DNA of 64,000 nt from Lingula anatina (taxonomy: Eukaryota; Animalia; Brachiopoda), in NCBI GenBank assembly GCA_051362555.1, contig CM120648.1:12892587-12956586 (forward strand), given 5' to 3'. A program made the translations under genes and the position numbers. The notes below the pieces were generated by a model. It searched no databases and was not told the origin of the DNA. It worked only from the letters and a program-made list of their open reading frames with translations. The number at the start of each line of letters is the position of its first letter. The stretch's first letter is position 1. This document shows, piece after piece, positions 61,150 through 64,000 of this stretch.

Positions 61150-63913
61150 TACGTGCGTGTACCAAATGGTTTACCCCAGTATGTCACTTTTTGGGGAAAC
61201 GGGTACATGTTCACCTAATCTGTACACGTGTCATTCGCCCCATGTATCTTTTTCAAGTTTCAACTTACCTTCATTTCTTTGCAGTATGGTGTGTGATATG
61301 GTCCCCTGGCCTTTATAACCCAAAGCCCGCAAAACAGTCGCGTCTGTGGCCCATTTTTCCTCCCACGTTGTGACTGCTGAAATATACAAGAATATCATCC
61401 ATCTTTTTATAGAGATTACTCAATCTTGTCATTCTTACTTAAACATTTATTGCTACCGTCCTCTCTCTCATTTTTTATCTAGTTCGGGTGTGTTGGCTCT
61501 TGTATATATTTATACTTATGCATTTGAACATATATTTATTCATCATTTTAATAATACACACAAAAAATAACAATAATCGTCAGTTAATTCATTTATGTGC
61601 CTTTATACGTACACGGTAATTCGTGAACATACGTTTTATTATTATTATTTTTAAACATGCCTGTTCATCTATTTACTTTAGAAAAGTATTAAAAGCAAGT
61701 TGTGGTGTTTTAAAACTTACAAGGATGTGTTTCATGTATTTCATAACGCAGAATAGCACTAAAATTCTCTAAAAAATCACAGTTGAAATTCGTGTAAAAG
61801 CTGGACGACTTGTAGCAAATCGTGGCTTTGGAGCTGTTTAGTAAACACATCAGTGCATACTGCAAATTTTGATAGCAAGTTTCAAAAGAGAGAGCGAGAA
61901 AGCAAGAGGCCACACATTTCACACTTAAGGTTTTCCCACCCCGATCTAACTCGTGATCTTATTCATTAAGAAATGAAGAATTCTGAAAAGGTAGCAGTAT
62001 TATAGCATACACCAGTATATCATGAACTCTTTCAAATCCCAATTACCTTCCATTTCCAAAGTTTCATTGGTCAGTCGGGCCAGAACTTCCTGTCCATTTT
62101 GTCCGCCATTCATTTTTTTCTTTTTTTTTGGTCGCTTTTTATCCCTTCGTTTCTTGACACAGTAAGCAATAATGGCTAGTGGACTTATAACACCCATGGG
62201 AACCGTCACACAGAGTATAACCGTTAGCATTTTAGGCCCTTCAGACTTCTGCTGCTGTGAAGGACCCGTCTGGTTGCAGTCCTTGGCCCAATCTGAAATA
62301 AGAAATTGCGCAAAGTCATGCTGAATGTCGAGTGCTTAGAAATTTTAATTAAAAAGAATGAATTCCAAATTACGTCTTAAGCTTTTTTAAAATTTATTCT
62401 TTTTTAATTAACAATTGAACTCATGATTATTTGAACTCAAATATTTCAATGTGTGATTGACACCCTAAACATAAAATAGGGGAGACCGGGGCTAGTTGGA
62501 CCCCGGGGTAAGTTGCCCCCTCCCCCGTCAAGTCTCTTTAGTAAGAAAGCGTCGGCAGTGAGTACTTTAAAATGCTAACTTATTTCATACGGACTCACTG
62601 CCGACGCTTTCTTAGCACTATTGGATTCGGTCACTTTACAAAATGATGTGATCAATTCTTTTACCCATAGTTGCTTTGTCATAAATTGATGGGGGGGGGG
62701 GGGGGGGGCAACTTACCCCGGGGTCCAATTAGCCCCGGTCTCCCCTAGTAATGGCACAAAAATTAGTTTAAATTTTGGCTTCTGGTTTGAAAAACATTTC
62801 AACTCCGTGTGCTTAAAACCACTGAAGAAATTCACTACTATAAATGAATTTTTCATTTTAATTATACAGAGAGCACATATGCTGAGTTAATGACCAAATA
62901 TAAGTAAAATTTAAATGACTGACTAACGTAAATTTTTTACATATAATTATCAAATTATTAAATGCCTAGTCTTTGTTCAGTTACAAAAATAAAAATGTAC
63001 CTGTGTTTCCCTTCGAATTATGTCCTTCTCATTTAGTTTTTTTTTTGTTGGGTTTTTAATAACTTATTTGATATTTTACCTGAGAAGTTGGCTGTGCTGC
63101 AGATGTTGTTGGTGGTGTCATTTCCCTTGATTTCCAAGCATTTTCCCTCTTTCCGACAACTGAAACATGAGACGATTGGGTATATTATGTTTGGTAAAAT
63201 ATGCGTACATTGTATTCAATGCAGGTCCAGGATTATTTGAAGGAGGGATAATTTTTTTAACGAATGACAGGCTTCGGATTCGAAGCCGACCCCCGGCCTC
63301 CTTGTGGTGGGGTTCGGAGCCCGCTGAAGGGCCAAAAATATATTTGTGTTTTAGTGGGTAAACGGTGCCCTTTGTAACGGTTAAGAACTGTAAATCAGCA
63401 AGCTAAAATGCTAATTTCAAGAGAGTAATATTAGTGTGATTTTTTTTTTCAGAAACCAAAGGGAGGGGGGGTGAGAGCCCCCCCCCCCCCCCCCGACCCC
63501 CTCTAAATCTGCCACTGGTATTGGTTGTCCTTGTTTTTTTCTTTTGAATACAACAAATATCGACGTTATCACCCAAGTACTAAATTGCTTTTATAACCAG
63601 TACACCAAAAACTTGGTGTACTGCAATTCACCATAATCTCAAGGCAATTTAAATCAACAGTGACAGTATTGCCCTGAAACACTAGCTACGACATACAGTG
63701 TGCATGAAAAACCAACAAAAGGAAAAAAATCATTGTCTATTAGACCAAAGATATCAAATGGGGTGGGGTGGTTGTCTGAGCTGCACTAACAGACACATGC
63801 ACACCGCCCCCCACGCACACGTATCCACCTAATAAGATACATAACCGTACAGTTTCTACCAGCTACCTACTTCGTGTGTTGCTTGCAGCTGTCACCGTCC
63901 TTGAAATAACCTT
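56340..63913 (-). CDS. TNF-receptor-superfamily-like type I membrane protein, 3' part (5' exons lie beyond the window)
   Basis: Phase-compatible GT-AG exons 63871-63913 (GYFKDGDSCKQHT), 63080-63159 (CRKEGKCLEIKGNDTTNNIC), 62047-62292 (TM segment LTVILCVTVPMGVISPLAIIAYCV followed by polybasic KKRR) and a probable terminal exon 56340-56683 (LTFEKEN...KETCV*). The GYF..C..HT.C...G......G....N.C spacing matches a TNFR cysteine-rich domain. The link to the terminal exon is inferred from phase only. Confidence 0.7.
57468..57622. repeat. Compound (TA)n(GA)n...(TA)n microsatellite
   Basis: Direct observation; adjoins the PLE terminus. Confidence 0.95.
57656..57704 (-). ncRNA. Degenerate hammerhead ribozyme motif in the Neptune pseudo-LTR
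   Basis: Minus strand CCCT-CTGAAGA-N24-GAA-ACCGGT-C-GGGG: core, stem I and palindromic stem III present; stem II poorly paired. Confidence 0.5.
58221..60320 (+). mobile_element. PIF/Harbinger DNA transposon, deletion derivative
   Basis: TIRs aggccgggtcacactgc / gcagtgtgacccaggct; TSD TAA; many ggttgc/gcaacc subterminal repeats; transposase N-terminal remnant KYWVNPWIARRPL*..HLMKELQLENREVFISFLQIEPTMFCDLLKRL at about 58695-58860. Confidence 0.85.
61114..61146. repeat. (TG)n microsatellite
   Basis: Direct observation. Confidence 0.9.
62479..62745. mobile_element. Short pogo-type MITE (same family as 47560-48639) in an intron of the TNFR-like gene
   Basis: TA-flanked TIRs GGGGAGACCGGGGCTA; internal inverted repeat taagaaagcgtcggcagtgagt / actcactgccgacgctttctta. 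Confidence 0.8.
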
Positions 63914-64000
63914 CTGAACACACGAGGAAACAACCTAACAAATACAAAATATTAATAGTTATTAAAAAAAATTCATCCCGTAACTTACTGTTTCATTCTG

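Overview
AT-rich, intron-containing animal DNA; the repeat families suggest a marine invertebrate, but the species cannot be determined from sequence alone. Positions 551-45885 hold a head-to-tail array of five minus-strand clan-2 (CYP2-like) cytochrome P450 genes, called copies 1-5 from left to right. Each has 8 exons; I spliced all five by hand and each gives an intact 499-500 aa protein. The basal repeat unit is about 5.6 kb, and each copy is expanded by its own transposon insertions in introns 1, 6 and 7 (Academ-like, PIF/Harbinger, P-like, Tc1, Penelope/Neptune PLEs, Helentron-like satellite carriers, MITEs). The middle copies look like 5'-copy1/3'-copy5 hybrids, and amino-acid differences concentrate in substrate-recognition regions. 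All five promoters keep a YCAAGGYCR (NR5A-type) motif. The right end holds the 3' part of a minus-strand TNF-receptor-like gene that the ORF track does not assemble. Several minimal hammerhead-ribozyme motifs sit in Penelope-like element termini. I found no clearly new biological system; the best leads are the mosaic P450 array, its nuclear-receptor motifs, the PLE hammerheads and the TNFR-like gene. All family assignments are by eye, without database searches.
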